Position numbers and translations under genes: made by a program. DNA of 64,000 bases from positions 3,806 to 67,805 of the IMG/VR virus record IMGVR_UViG_3300027747_001027. One strand, written 5' to 3'. Positions 46,463-55,631 of the stretch are shown here, piece by piece. The notes beneath the pieces were generated by a model that did not search any database, was not told where the DNA came from, and saw only the letters and a list, made by a program, of their open reading frames with translations. The first letter of the stretch is position 1. Every line of letters begins with the position of its first letter. The DNA is from a virus.

Positions 46463-46615
46463 TCAATAATTTAGTTTACCCATTGCGCTTGGCTTAACCT
46501 TGCCAGTTTCGCGATTTTTAGTGAAACCTTTCTTCCCCTGCTGCTGACCCTTGGTAATTTGCTTTCCGTCTTTAGGTTGGTTATAGAACGCTTGAAGTGA
46601 GTTGTATTTTTTCAT
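46463..46615 (-). CDS. small basic protein (MKKYNSLQAFY...)
   Basis: Hand-translated, 50 aa. Confidence 0.45.
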   Translation of the reverse strand: MKKYNSLQAFYNQPKDGKQITKGQQQGKKGFTKNRETGKVKPSAMGKLNY

Positions 46616-46629
46616 AAATTATTTTTTAA

Positions 46630-46998
46630 TCAATATGATGTATAATCTGAATATGGCTGCCCGAATGCTCTAGCGATTTGCTCATCCTGCATTTTTCCAC
46701 CTTTTTTTTGATGAAGGTTATAGGCTGCATCTGCTGCCAAATAATCAGTGAATCCCATTGCTGTTGGCGCAAATTTTTTGCTATACGCCCCCCTTCCCTG
46801 GACTTCTCCTCTACGAGCCCTTTGCATGAAATCATCAAAGTTTTTTTTAGCAACATCTTCTAATTCTTGTTGCGGGTCGTAACCTCTATCACCCATAATT
46901 TTAGAATATGCAGATGTGATAGACTCGGAATTTGGCATGTATGATTCCGATAATCCTTGCGGTGTAAAACCACCAACTGCTTGCCTTTGTCTTGCCAT
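46630..46998 (-). CDS. hypothetical protein
   Basis: ORF in the same islet. Confidence 0.5.
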   Translation of the reverse strand: MARQRQAVGGFTPQGLSESYMPNSESITSAYSKIMGDRGYDPQQELEDVAKKNFDDFMQRARRGEVQGRGAYSKKFAPTAMGFTDYLAADAAYNLHQKKGGKMQDEQIARAFGQPYSDYTSY

Positions 46999-47046
46999 AA
47001 TATTTGTAGTTGTTTATTTTTAAGATACAATTACAATATTATATAC

Positions 47047-47292
47047 ATGAGTAAAGAGAAATTATTTGAATATTACCTAATTAAAAATCCATCTCTTGTT
47101 AATCAGCTTGTAGATGGAAAGGTTGTAATGTCTGCAAATGGATTCAAGAAGTTCTTTGATACGACATATGATGTGGCGTATAAGGAAGGAATACACGATG
47201 AGTCGTATACAAACGAACTCCCGCCTAATAGGACAACGACTCAAGACTCACAGGGTTTAAAGGATCTTTTAAATCTTTTTGGAATGCATTGA
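47047..47292 (+). CDS. hypothetical protein (MSKEKLFEYY...)
   Basis: ATG start; ends LLNLFGMH. Confidence 0.55.
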   Translation: MSKEKLFEYYLIKNPSLVNQLVDGKVVMSANGFKKFFDTTYDVAYKEGIHDESYTNELPPNRTTTQDSQGLKDLLNLFGMH

Positions 47293-47316
47293 CATCATTT
47301 CAAGTTCCTCTATAAT
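47289..47316 (+). promoter_or_regulatory. sigma70 promoter TTGACA-N16-TATAAT
   Basis: Perfect hexamers, 11 nt upstream of the dnaB ATG. Confidence 0.75.
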
Positions 47317-47327
47317 CGAACTCGACT

Positions 47328-48599
47328 ATGGAAAAACAACTACCATCCGATATGGGTGCGGAGCAAGGCTTGCTTTGTTCCTGCATACAAGACACGCGAA
47401 TCATTGGCAAGATAGCCGATATTATTACCCTGGAGCACTTTAATACTCCAGCACACCAAGACATCTGGGCAACTATGCTCAATATGTACTTTGAGAAAAA
47501 ACCTATAGACTTGTTAACAATAACCTCGGAATTGTGCGCATCCAAACTCCTTGATGGAATTGGTGGCGAGCATTACATCACGCATGTCTGTACTGTTGTC
47601 TATTCATCTGCAAACTGGGATGAGTACTTGAAGACGATCTGTGATTGTTATCTCCGTAGAAAGATACATTTTGCTGCAAAGCGTATGGCTATTGACGCTC
47701 TTGATAGGTCAATTGATCCAGAAGAGTTAAAGGAAGAGGCTAGCCGCGAGATAACCGGAATGATGACAACCAAGACCGAATCCGTCCATATAGCTGAAGT
47801 ATTCAATAAGCGCATTACTGCATGGGAAGAAGCAGCGAGAAGCGGTGGCGCTATCAATCGCGGACATGACTCATGTTTCCACAAGTGGAATATGTCAACG
47901 CGAGGATTCCGACCACAGACAGTTCATATCATCGCTGGACGTGCCAAGCAGGGGAAGACAACAGCCGCACTCCAGATGGTAACGACTCCGGCTATCGACA
48001 AGAATGTTCCAATTGGCATTATCTCGCTTGAGATGGGCGCTGGTGAGTTGGTAGATAAGATCACATCCTGCCATGCTCAGATTGGAATGAACGACCTTAG
48101 AGACGGTAAGCTAAATCGCGCTGACTTTGCCAAGGTATCTAACTTCATGGCGCAAGGAATGAAGGCTCCGATCCACATTGTTGATGAAGCATCGATGACT
48201 GTGAACCAATTCAGAGCCAGGGCCAGAAGGCTGGTAGTAGAGAATAAGTGCGAGATCATTATGCTCGACTACGCCCAGCTTGTAACTCCAAGCAATATGA
48301 AGGAAAGCAGGGAGCGTCAGGTAGCTGAGATCAGCCGCATGACGAAGATTATATCTAAAGAGTTGAATGTGTGCGTAGTTCTTCTCGCTCAACTCAACGA
48401 AGACAACATGATCCGTGAGAGCCGGACGTTTGAGATGGACTGCGATAGCCTAACAAAAATTATGCCAGTCGAGGAATCTGATGATCCATACGCATACGTG
48501 CTACACGTTACACACAATAGGAATGGCACTACTCCAATTATTCCGCTTAAATTCCACAAGCATATGGCACGTCTGGAAGAATCGATTGTAGAGCAATAG
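47328..48599 (+). CDS. dnaB: DnaB-like replicative helicase
   Basis: AEQGLL N-domain, AGRAKQGKT, SLEM, LDYAQL, LAQLN, RES. Confidence 0.92.
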   Translation: MEKQLPSDMGAEQGLLCSCIQDTRIIGKIADIITLEHFNTPAHQDIWATMLNMYFEKKPIDLLTITSELCASKLLDGIGGEHYITHVCTVVYSSANWDEYLKTICDCYLRRKIHFAAKRMAIDALDRSIDPEELKEEASREITGMMTTKTESVHIAEVFNKRITAWEEAARSGGAINRGHDSCFHKWNMSTRGFRPQTVHIIAGRAKQGKTTAALQMVTTPAIDKNVPIGIISLEMGAGELVDKITSCHAQIGMNDLRDGKLNRADFAKVSNFMAQGMKAPIHIVDEASMTVNQFRARARRLVVENKCEIIMLDYAQLVTPSNMKESRERQVAEISRMTKIISKELNVCVVLLAQLNEDNMIRESRTFEMDCDSLTKIMPVEESDDPYAYVLHVTHNRNGTTPIIPLKFHKHMARLEESIVEQ

Positions 48600-48760
48600 T
48601 CTTTACTTTCACTAGATATAATCTACACTTGGACATGACTTGAGAATCCAATTTAGTATGTGAGAATCACATTCCATAAGTCGGTGAACGACCACCTAGT
48701 AGCCAACGGCTGAGTCGAGACAGGCTGGAGAGACAGCTACAATTTTGATCTTTGAAACTA

Positions 48761-48833
<73 letters not shown>

Positions 48834-49095
48834 TATTAAACTACTTCCGGTTACCGCTCTGTCAGTCCCATTCCTGACATCGCCCGAATCTGAATCAACA
48901 GATGAGACTATAGGACGCTATAGTTGAGGAGACTAATTTAGCAGGCAGGTGGACTATACGATTAGTTGGGCCTCTTGGAAACAATGCATACTTCAACTGG
49001 TAGGATGGGCGGCCTATGTTGGCCCTAGACTCCTGAAAGCCCACATCTGAAAAGGAGATGCATATCCGTTCCTGCGAAACTTTAAACAAACCACA

Positions 49096-49242
49096 ATGAA
49101 ATTAAAAAACAATGATGATAGGAAAGCGCGGATCAACGAGCTGAAATCAAGGCCAGTTGGTGCTGGTAAAGGTGATAGGCCAAGGCCGATTACAAGCAAG
49201 TATTGGGACAACTACGGAGAAATTGACTGGAAGAAAAAATAA
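49096..49242 (+). CDS. small phage protein (GKGDRPRP motif)
   Basis: Hand-translated; GAGKGDRPRP...YWDNYGEIDW. Confidence 0.7.
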   Translation: MKLKNNDDRKARINELKSRPVGAGKGDRPRPITSKYWDNYGEIDWKKK

Positions 49243-49311
49243 TATGAATTGCATTGTTTTCAATACTAGGTTAAATTTCTAACGCAATTATCACAAGCAA
49301 CACAAAATAAT

Positions 49312-49467
49312 ATGAACAAAAAACCACAAGGGCTTTATGCCGCAATTCACGCAAAGCAAAATCGTATCGCTGCTGGTAGTGGCGAAAAGATGAGGAAGCC
49401 AGGCAGCAAGGGCGCTCCTACAGCACAAGCATTCAAGCAGTCAGCTAAAACTGCGAAGAAGAAGTAA
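49312..49467 (+). CDS. small basic phage protein
   Basis: Hand-translated; GLYAAIHAK...GSGEKMRKPGSKGAPT. Confidence 0.75.
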   Translation: MNKKPQGLYAAIHAKQNRIAAGSGEKMRKPGSKGAPTAQAFKQSAKTAKKK

Positions 49468-49514
49468 GTTGAACTTGCATACAAAATAATCAATAGGTCA
49501 AGCCACGCTTGATA

Positions 49515-49709
49515 ATGAAAGGTAAAATTACGATTAACATCTTCGGATGGTTTTCGCAGATGCTCACAATTGTATTCATCACGTTAAAGCTAACGGGAGT
49601 TATTAACTGGGGGTGGATGCTTGTATTGTCACCAATGCTGGTTAATTTTGCTATACTATTGTTCTTAATTGTGTGCGTTATTATCATAAGTATAATTACT
49701 GCTAAATGA
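49515..49709 (+). CDS. membrane protein
   Basis: LTIVFITLKLTGVINWGW..VLSP. Confidence 0.7.
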   Translation: MKGKITINIFGWFSQMLTIVFITLKLTGVINWGWMLVLSPMLVNFAILLFLIVCVIIISIITAK

Positions 49710-50143
49710 ACAACACACCAGATACTAATGAGATGAAGTGTTTATCACTTATTGAAGTTATGGAATTACCAAGGGAAAGAAGGAGAATTGCTTTAGGCGT
49801 ATTGCAAGCGATTAAAGAGCGCGACGAGGCAATAGCAGAGCTTTCACTAAAGCAGCAAACTGTGACAATCGCGGAAGGAACAATTTCCGACCTACTCAAA
49901 AAAAGCGAGCGACTTGAACGTGAGCGCGACAAAGCGATGAAAGATGCAGCACAACTTTCGGATAGGTTATCTGGTCTTGAACTCCGCACAACTGAGGAAT
50001 TGGCAAGACTTGAGCGCGAGCGCGACGAGGCGCACAAAATTGCGCGGTGGGCAATTGATGACCTAGGATGGTTTAACGAGACGAATGCACAGAGACTCCG
50101 CGCTGAACTCGATCGACTTAACCAGGAGGCTAGAAATGAATGA
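49706..50143 (+). CDS. coiled-coil protein with ERERDEA repeats
   Basis: NTPDT N-terminus and repeats. Confidence 0.65.
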   Translation: MNNTPDTNEMKCLSLIEVMELPRERRRIALGVLQAIKERDEAIAELSLKQQTVTIAEGTISDLLKKSERLERERDKAMKDAAQLSDRLSGLELRTTEELARLERERDEAHKIARWAIDDLGWFNETNAQRLRAELDRLNQEARNE

Positions 50144-50621
50144 CACGCCAGATACGGATGCGGCCATCAAAGATCAATCAAAGTGGATGCGGCCATTTGT
50201 CTCCACTACTTTCGATGGAATCACATACGACTCCCCAGTGGCTTCGTTGTGCCGCAAACTGGAGCGCGAACGCGACGAGGCGAGGGAGCTGGCACAGCAG
50301 ATGTCAGAGAGCAACCAAGTTCTACAGGCTGAAGTTAGAGATTACCGCAAGACAGCCGATAACACGTCTCTTTCCAACAACGAAATGCACATCAATCTTG
50401 TTCTGCAAGAAGTCGCAGAATTAGCAAAAACTTTGAAGCGAGAGCGCGACGAGGCGCAATACAATTTGGAAAATGCAAGGCAATCGCTGGAAGTAGCTAT
50501 AGAGGAAATTAATGGCATGAAGAAAGCAATATTGGAAACACTAGAACAAAACCGGAATTTAGCAGATGGTGATGACTGCACTCTATACAAGCTAAAGTCA
50601 GTAATAGAATTCTGGGAGTAG
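50136..50621 (+). CDS. coiled-coil protein with ERERDEA repeats
   Basis: DTPDTDA; LADGDDCTL. Confidence 0.65.
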   Translation: MNDTPDTDAAIKDQSKWMRPFVSTTFDGITYDSPVASLCRKLERERDEARELAQQMSESNQVLQAEVRDYRKTADNTSLSNNEMHINLVLQEVAELAKTLKRERDEAQYNLENARQSLEVAIEEINGMKKAILETLEQNRNLADGDDCTLYKLKSVIEFWE

Positions 50622-50627
50622 AGAACC

Positions 50628-50918
50628 ATGACACCAAATCCGGTAATGGTAGAGATAGACAATGCAATCAATGCACTCGCGTCAGGTAAGTCCAGTCCAG
50701 AGCAAATTGCAGAAGCATTAACCAGCGGGATACATTTCATGTCAAATGTCATCGATAGTCTGAAAGAACAGAATGCCGAACTCACTGAGGACGTAGAAAA
50801 CCTCCTAAGCAAAATAGACGAACTTGAAACAGACCAAGCGATCATTTTAAACTTCCTCCAAGGTCAGGGAATCGACATCACATACACGATCAAGAAAGAG
50901 GAAATAGAGGGCAAGTGA
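50628..50918 (+). CDS. hypothetical coiled-coil protein
   Basis: Last ORF before the non-coding gap. Confidence 0.55.
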   Translation: MTPNPVMVEIDNAINALASGKSSPEQIAEALTSGIHFMSNVIDSLKEQNAELTEDVENLLSKIDELETDQAIILNFLQGQGIDITYTIKKEEIEGK

Positions 50919-51463
50919 GGGGATACCTCTGATGGTGTCGTTTTTGATTTATACCCACATTCAAAAATATATGTTGTAATCTTTATGACATATATCTCAT
51001 GCGTAATAAGATAACGTACATTGCTTGATGTATAAGTCATCTGTCGCAATTTAACGCGCAACATATACGACATTACGTTAGTTAATGCGTAGTGAATATT
51101 ACATAAGCGTAAATTATGAGTTGCAAGAACTGCACACACATTATAGGGAAATTGCGCTAGAATCGTTTATACGTTCGTTTAGTATGGCTTCCGCTATGTA
51201 TCCATTGGCGAGATATAAAAACGCGATACAGGGCAACGTGGCGCAATTAAGCGATATTGTTGGGTTGAGCGAGATTGAGGATAGAGGGAGGAGAGATATT
51301 TTTATTTTTATATTTTTATATTTTTATCTGGGGCAATGTTTTACGTAGGAGACTCGGCCCGCGCCCCCCACCCACCCCGACCCCTGCCGCCCCTCCGGCT
51401 CTACGCCGCTCCCCACGCTCCCCACGCCCCACGTACCACGTACTAGGCGGCTCTACGCTCTAC

Positions 51464-51495
51464 GCTGTCTGGCTGTCTGGCTGTCCGGCTGTCTG
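51464..51495 (+). repeat. tandem 8-mer GCTGTC(T/C)G x4
   Basis: Directly visible. Confidence 0.85.
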
Positions 51496-52189
51496 GCTCT
51501 GTTACATTGCCTGGCTGCCGTCATGTCACGTTATACGTCATGTCTCGTCACGTTGTATTACGTTGCATTGCAATACGTTATGTCCATAACCTCTGATAAC
51601 AATTGTAGTAGATAGTGGATGTCATCCAGTTTATTGCAATCGGATTGCATTAAGATTGCGCGACGTTGGCTCTAGATTCGTTTTGTTTGCACGTGCGCTA
51701 TGTTACCATTACCGGAAAAATGCGAGCTCGCCACGGACGTTATATGTCGCCGGATGCGATGACTTATTGCCACGGATGCTTTGCCAGCCTAGCCCAGACG
51801 ATGCCAAGCATATATCGATGTATAGCGATATAACGAAATAGCGATGCAATCTTTTTTGGCTGTCTGTTATTTTAGGCTTGACGTGTCTTGAAAAACCGTG
51901 CTTAAAATTATCTCCGACGAGCATCTCACGTCCGCTCGTTTGTTTGTCCATAGTCGGTCGCTCCCATTCGCTGTCTCGCCTCCGCACGTCCATAGCCTCT
52001 CTCTCAAATAGTTGGCATACTTCATGCTCATGCGACATTGAAAACTTGGCATACTTTATGCTTTCGCCGCCTCAGGCATTTTTTTCCTACCATAGGCAAA
52101 TTTTACATTACTAGGCAAAAAGTGCCATGTTCTAGAAAAATAGTCTCATTTTTTATATGTTTTTCGATGTTTTTCGTTGTTTCTGCAGT

Positions 52190-52205
52190 TGGCACAGCCT
52201 TTGCT
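52190..52205 (+). promoter_or_regulatory. sigma54-type -24/-12 site TGGCAC-N5-TTGCT
   Basis: Exact consensus, 33 nt upstream of the ATG at 52239. Confidence 0.6.
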
Positions 52206-52238
52206 ATGTCATGAGATGCCGATAATGGCACTCAAAAA

Positions 52239-52970
52239 ATGAAATACCATCTCACCCATATCTCCTCAAATATAAAAACCGGACCTATCCCCGTTACAAC
52301 CTCAGACGCTGCGACGTGTCCCGACGTTTGTCCTTTCAAAAAATCGGGCTGTTATGCCGATAGCGGACCGCTTGCGATACATTGGAGCAAAGTCTCCTCA
52401 GGAGATCGCGGCGACTCTCTCGAAATACTCGCACGTCAAATCCGCTCTTTTCCTAGCGGCCAGGTATGGCGGCACAACCAAGCCGGTGATCTTCCAGGCA
52501 TTGGCAATGCTATCGATTCCGATAGCCTAAAAACTCTTGTCGACGCAAACCGAGGCCGCCGTGGTTTCAGCTATACTCACAAACCGCTCGAAGGTGACGA
52601 CAATCTTGAAACCGGAAACCGTGCATCTGTGCGTTATGCAAACCGCGAGGGGCTGACAATCAACCTAAGCGCCAATAATACGGCGCACGCTGACCGCCTA
52701 GTCAAGCTACAAGCGGGCCCAGTGGTTTGCGTTGTGCCGGAATCAACCGAGAATACGTTTTTCACGCCCGAGGGCCGCAAAGGCATTGTTTGCCCAGCCC
52801 AGCAAAGGGAAGACATAACGTGCGCAAATTGCCAGCTATGCACCAAACGGGATCGCTCGGTGATTATTGGATTCCGCGCTCACGGAACATCAAAGCGAAA
52901 AGCCGAGGCTATCGCATCATGCCCCGAACCAGCGAAAAACTGCGAACCTGCCGATTATATCAAAGCGTAA
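52239..52970 (+). CDS. Gp88-like Cys-cluster (radical-SAM-like) phage protein
   Basis: NIKTG, TCPDVCP..SGCYA, RHNQAGD, YTH, CPAQ..TCANCQLC, FRAHG. Confidence 0.65.
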   Translation: MKYHLTHISSNIKTGPIPVTTSDAATCPDVCPFKKSGCYADSGPLAIHWSKVSSGDRGDSLEILARQIRSFPSGQVWRHNQAGDLPGIGNAIDSDSLKTLVDANRGRRGFSYTHKPLEGDDNLETGNRASVRYANREGLTINLSANNTAHADRLVKLQAGPVVCVVPESTENTFFTPEGRKGIVCPAQQREDITCANCQLCTKRDRSVIIGFRAHGTSKRKAEAIASCPEPAKNCEPADYIKA

Positions 52971-53030
52971 GGCGAAACGGGAGCTTCTCCCGTCCTGTGG
53001 ACTGGCATTCCACAGCTGATGAGCTTGCCG
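52969..53030 (+). ncRNA. type II hammerhead ribozyme
   Basis: GGC-GAAAC-GGGAG/CTCCC-GTC^-CTGTGGA/TCCACAG-CTGATGA-GCT; intact core. Confidence 0.88.
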
Positions 53031-53050
53031 CAATTAAACACATTAAACAT

Positions 53051-53308
53051 ATGACAGACACTAACCCACCCAAACCACGTACCATATCAGCCATCGCTCG
53101 TGATATCCGCGACGATTGGCAAAAAGTAAACTACGCCGCAGCACCATACCTCCAGGCGATGCTCACCCTCCATTCATTGGACACCGATTTCGGCCATGAT
53201 TCCGGCGAGAATATCGTGAGGTATTTCCTATGTAACGCATCAAGCTATCGAGGCGAAAAGGCAAAGGCATTAAAAGCCGAACTAAAAACACTCTGCGGAA
53301 TGAAATAA
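53051..53308 (+). CDS. early phage protein
   Basis: IARDIRDDW..V.YAAAPYLQAM...YFLCNASSYRG. Confidence 0.7.
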   Translation: MTDTNPPKPRTISAIARDIRDDWQKVNYAAAPYLQAMLTLHSLDTDFGHDSGENIVRYFLCNASSYRGEKAKALKAELKTLCGMK

Positions 53309-53413
53309 CATGAATAAACTACACTCTCACAAGCAAAAAACTCAGGCGCAAGACAGATTTTTTTTCCTATTTCTCACTCTCTTACTCATTATATCAACAC
53401 TAGTTTTCATCCT

Positions 53414-53671
53414 ATGTTAATCCGCACAAAAATAATACCAGCCACAAACACGACCGGAACCAAAGTCCGCGCATCCTTCGGCGGTCGAATAAAAACAATA
53501 CCCTACCCGCACGACCTATCCGGCGAGGATGTTTACAAAAAAGCAGCATGGAAATGGGTTGCGAAACACATGAGCAGGCATGGATGGGATGAAATCTTGC
53601 GGTTCAAGCTCACAACACACTATTCGGACAAGCGCGGCTATTCTTTCGAGGTTAACAGCAAACAAAATTAA
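53414..53671 (+). CDS. early phage protein
   Basis: IRTKIIPATNTTGTKVRA motif. Confidence 0.65.
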   Translation: MLIRTKIIPATNTTGTKVRASFGGRIKTIPYPHDLSGEDVYKKAAWKWVAKHMSRHGWDEILRFKLTTHYSDKRGYSFEVNSKQN

Positions 53672-53675
53672 ACAC

Positions 53676-53996
53676 ATGACAAAACACGATGAAATACAGG
53701 CGCTCATGGAATTGGCGCATAAACTAGGTGGAAAATCATACTGCGGGCCATGGCTTGAAAGTCAAATCCCCTACATTGAACATGACATGAGGTGCGATAT
53801 CATGCCCACCGCTTCATGGAGTGAAACGCGCAAACTCCATGACGGCATGCTCGACACTGCAAAGCAGCAAGCGGAATATCTGCTTAAGGCCGCCACGGAA
53901 AAGTCCGACAAAATCATGCGCGATGCGGAGAAGCAGGCGGAGAACACACGCAAAACACTAGCAAGGGATATCCAAAAGGCGCTCGACTCGATTTGA
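53676..53996 (+). CDS. early hypothetical protein
   Basis: ATG after AAACAC leader. Confidence 0.6.
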   Translation: MTKHDEIQALMELAHKLGGKSYCGPWLESQIPYIEHDMRCDIMPTASWSETRKLHDGMLDTAKQQAEYLLKAATEKSDKIMRDAEKQAENTRKTLARDIQKALDSI

Positions 53997-54070
53997 TAAT
54001 TCCAACCCCGCGCATTCCGGTGCGCGGCATGGAGTGATCAAATCACGCCACAACACAACAACACAACACA

Positions 54071-54331
54071 ATGAACAAATACACAACGCACGGATGCCGT
54101 GCAGTCACAGCAGAAAACATGAGCGAGGCCGCCGGATATTTTGCAGACCGACTCGCCCGAAAATCATACGGAAAATCAGGATACGCCCGCACTTGCAACC
54201 TGGAATCTTGGAGCCAGGACAACACGCTAGGAGAATACAACGCATTCGTAGGCTATACTCCAGCTGGAAAGCACAACATCGGAACAACAGTTGGAAGCAA
54301 CATTCGATTTTCCGTTTACAGAGTAGGATAA
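54071..54331 (+). CDS. early hypothetical protein
   Basis: (ACAAC)n leader. Confidence 0.65.
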   Translation: MNKYTTHGCRAVTAENMSEAAGYFADRLARKSYGKSGYARTCNLESWSQDNTLGEYNAFVGYTPAGKHNIGTTVGSNIRFSVYRVG

Positions 54332-54335
54332 CACT

Positions 54336-54557
54336 ATGCAAAAAGTAATATTCGACGGTGGAGTATTCGCTCCAAAATCATTCGCGCTGCACATGATAAC
54401 ATCCCCGCTATGGAGCGGAAGGTGCTCTGCATGGTATCTCGCAGATGGAACACTCACGGACGCTGAACACATTCGCGTAGATTACCAAACAAGAAATGTC
54501 CGGCACGGAAAGGCTATGTGGAATGAACTGGAACGTATAGGAAGGGCATGGAAATGA
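54336..54557 (+). CDS. early hypothetical protein
   Basis: In operon. Confidence 0.55.
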   Translation: MQKVIFDGGVFAPKSFALHMITSPLWSGRCSAWYLADGTLTDAEHIRVDYQTRNVRHGKAMWNELERIGRAWK

Positions 54558-54760
54558 ACGAAAAAATAACAACCGCAGTCCACTTTGGACTTCATAAAAA
54601 CCTCCTCAGATGCGCCGCACTGCGACTTGCATTGGGCGAGATGCAACTGTTGCCCAACGCTAGGGATATGGTGAAAATACGCCGTATTCTTGAGCGATTC
54701 AAATTACACGATGCATTCGCATTTTATGCAACTAAGCCGGAAATGTTCGGTATAATGTAG
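54548..54760 (+). CDS. early hypothetical protein
   Basis: In operon. Confidence 0.45.
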   Translation: MEMNEKITTAVHFGLHKNLLRCAALRLALGEMQLLPNARDMVKIRRILERFKLHDAFAFYATKPEMFGIM

Positions 54761-54838
54761 TCAGACACCCCGCATCTTCCACGGAGGGTGTGGCAGTCTG
54801 GCAATCACGCCGGAAACACAACACAACACAACACAAAA

Positions 54839-55069
54839 ATGAAAATCAAACACAACAAAATCGAACTCAATGTCTCAGGCGATGCCTTTGCAACTGGAGG
54901 GGGTTTCCAGGTCGACGGCAAAACATACAGTGGGAATTGGTATGAGTCTAAAGCTACCGACAACGATGGTAAAGAACACAGAGTGATTTGGACGGATGTA
55001 AATTGGGACGTGGAAGATGGTTCCGATGCCTGCGATTGGGAAAACCCCGACTACATTTTACAAGCATGA
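54839..55069 (+). CDS. early acidic protein (DACDWENP)
   Basis: (ACAAC)n leader. Confidence 0.65.
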   Translation: MKIKHNKIELNVSGDAFATGGGFQVDGKTYSGNWYESKATDNDGKEHRVIWTDVNWDVEDGSDACDWENPDYILQA

Positions 55070-55100
55070 GATTCGCCGACCAAACCAAAAAACAAAACAT

Positions 55101-55331
55101 ATGAAAATGAACAACACTATATTATTCAATGGTGAACGTACATCAATGTCATCCTCCGGCAATACGGAATGGTTCGAGTTTATCGTAACCACAACAAAAC
55201 GAATCACTCAGTCCGGCGCTCGGTCAGTTGGCCAGATTCACGGCATGGGAGGGCAAGATTTCTCATGCGAAGAATCAACACAAGACGGCCTGCACATCTA
55301 TAAATGCAAAGCAACCTGCTATTCAGACTAG
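55101..55331 (+). CDS. early hypothetical protein
   Basis: A/C-rich leader. Confidence 0.55.
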   Translation: MKMNNTILFNGERTSMSSSGNTEWFEFIVTTTKRITQSGARSVGQIHGMGGQDFSCEESTQDGLHIYKCKATCYSD

Positions 55332-55631
55332 ATATGAAAATACCATACGAAATACAATACACTCTTGAGGTTTCCATGCGTATCGCAATAAAAAAACATT
55401 GGGAATGGCGCAAAGAAGCATACTGGAGGAGTCTTCTAAAACGCGAAATTGCAGCACTCAAATACATAATAAAATGAAACAAATACCAAGCAAAACAACT
55501 AACGGAAGCCATTGTCTCCCTCCAGAGGCTTATATGCGCCTTTGGCAAACATCCTCAAAGTCACAAGAGATGCCAAAGTTCAAGTCAACCATCTACCCTG
55601 ATAAAAAGATAACTTCTATCCCATTCAAGAA

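Noticed and set aside
48895-49082. Second hammerhead (CAGATGAG...GCGAAAC)
   Set aside because: Core reads CAGAUGA rather than CUGAUGA and the stems do not close a three-way junction
51400-51500. CRISPR array
   Set aside because: Repeats are 5-8 bp and tandem, with no spacers
51085-52114. ORFs in the non-coding gap
   Set aside because: Low-complexity translations, non-ATG starts and no phage-like leaders
52727-53050. 5' extension of the 193-aa ORF
   Set aside because: Overlaps the previous gene and the ribozyme; ATG 53051 has the typical leader
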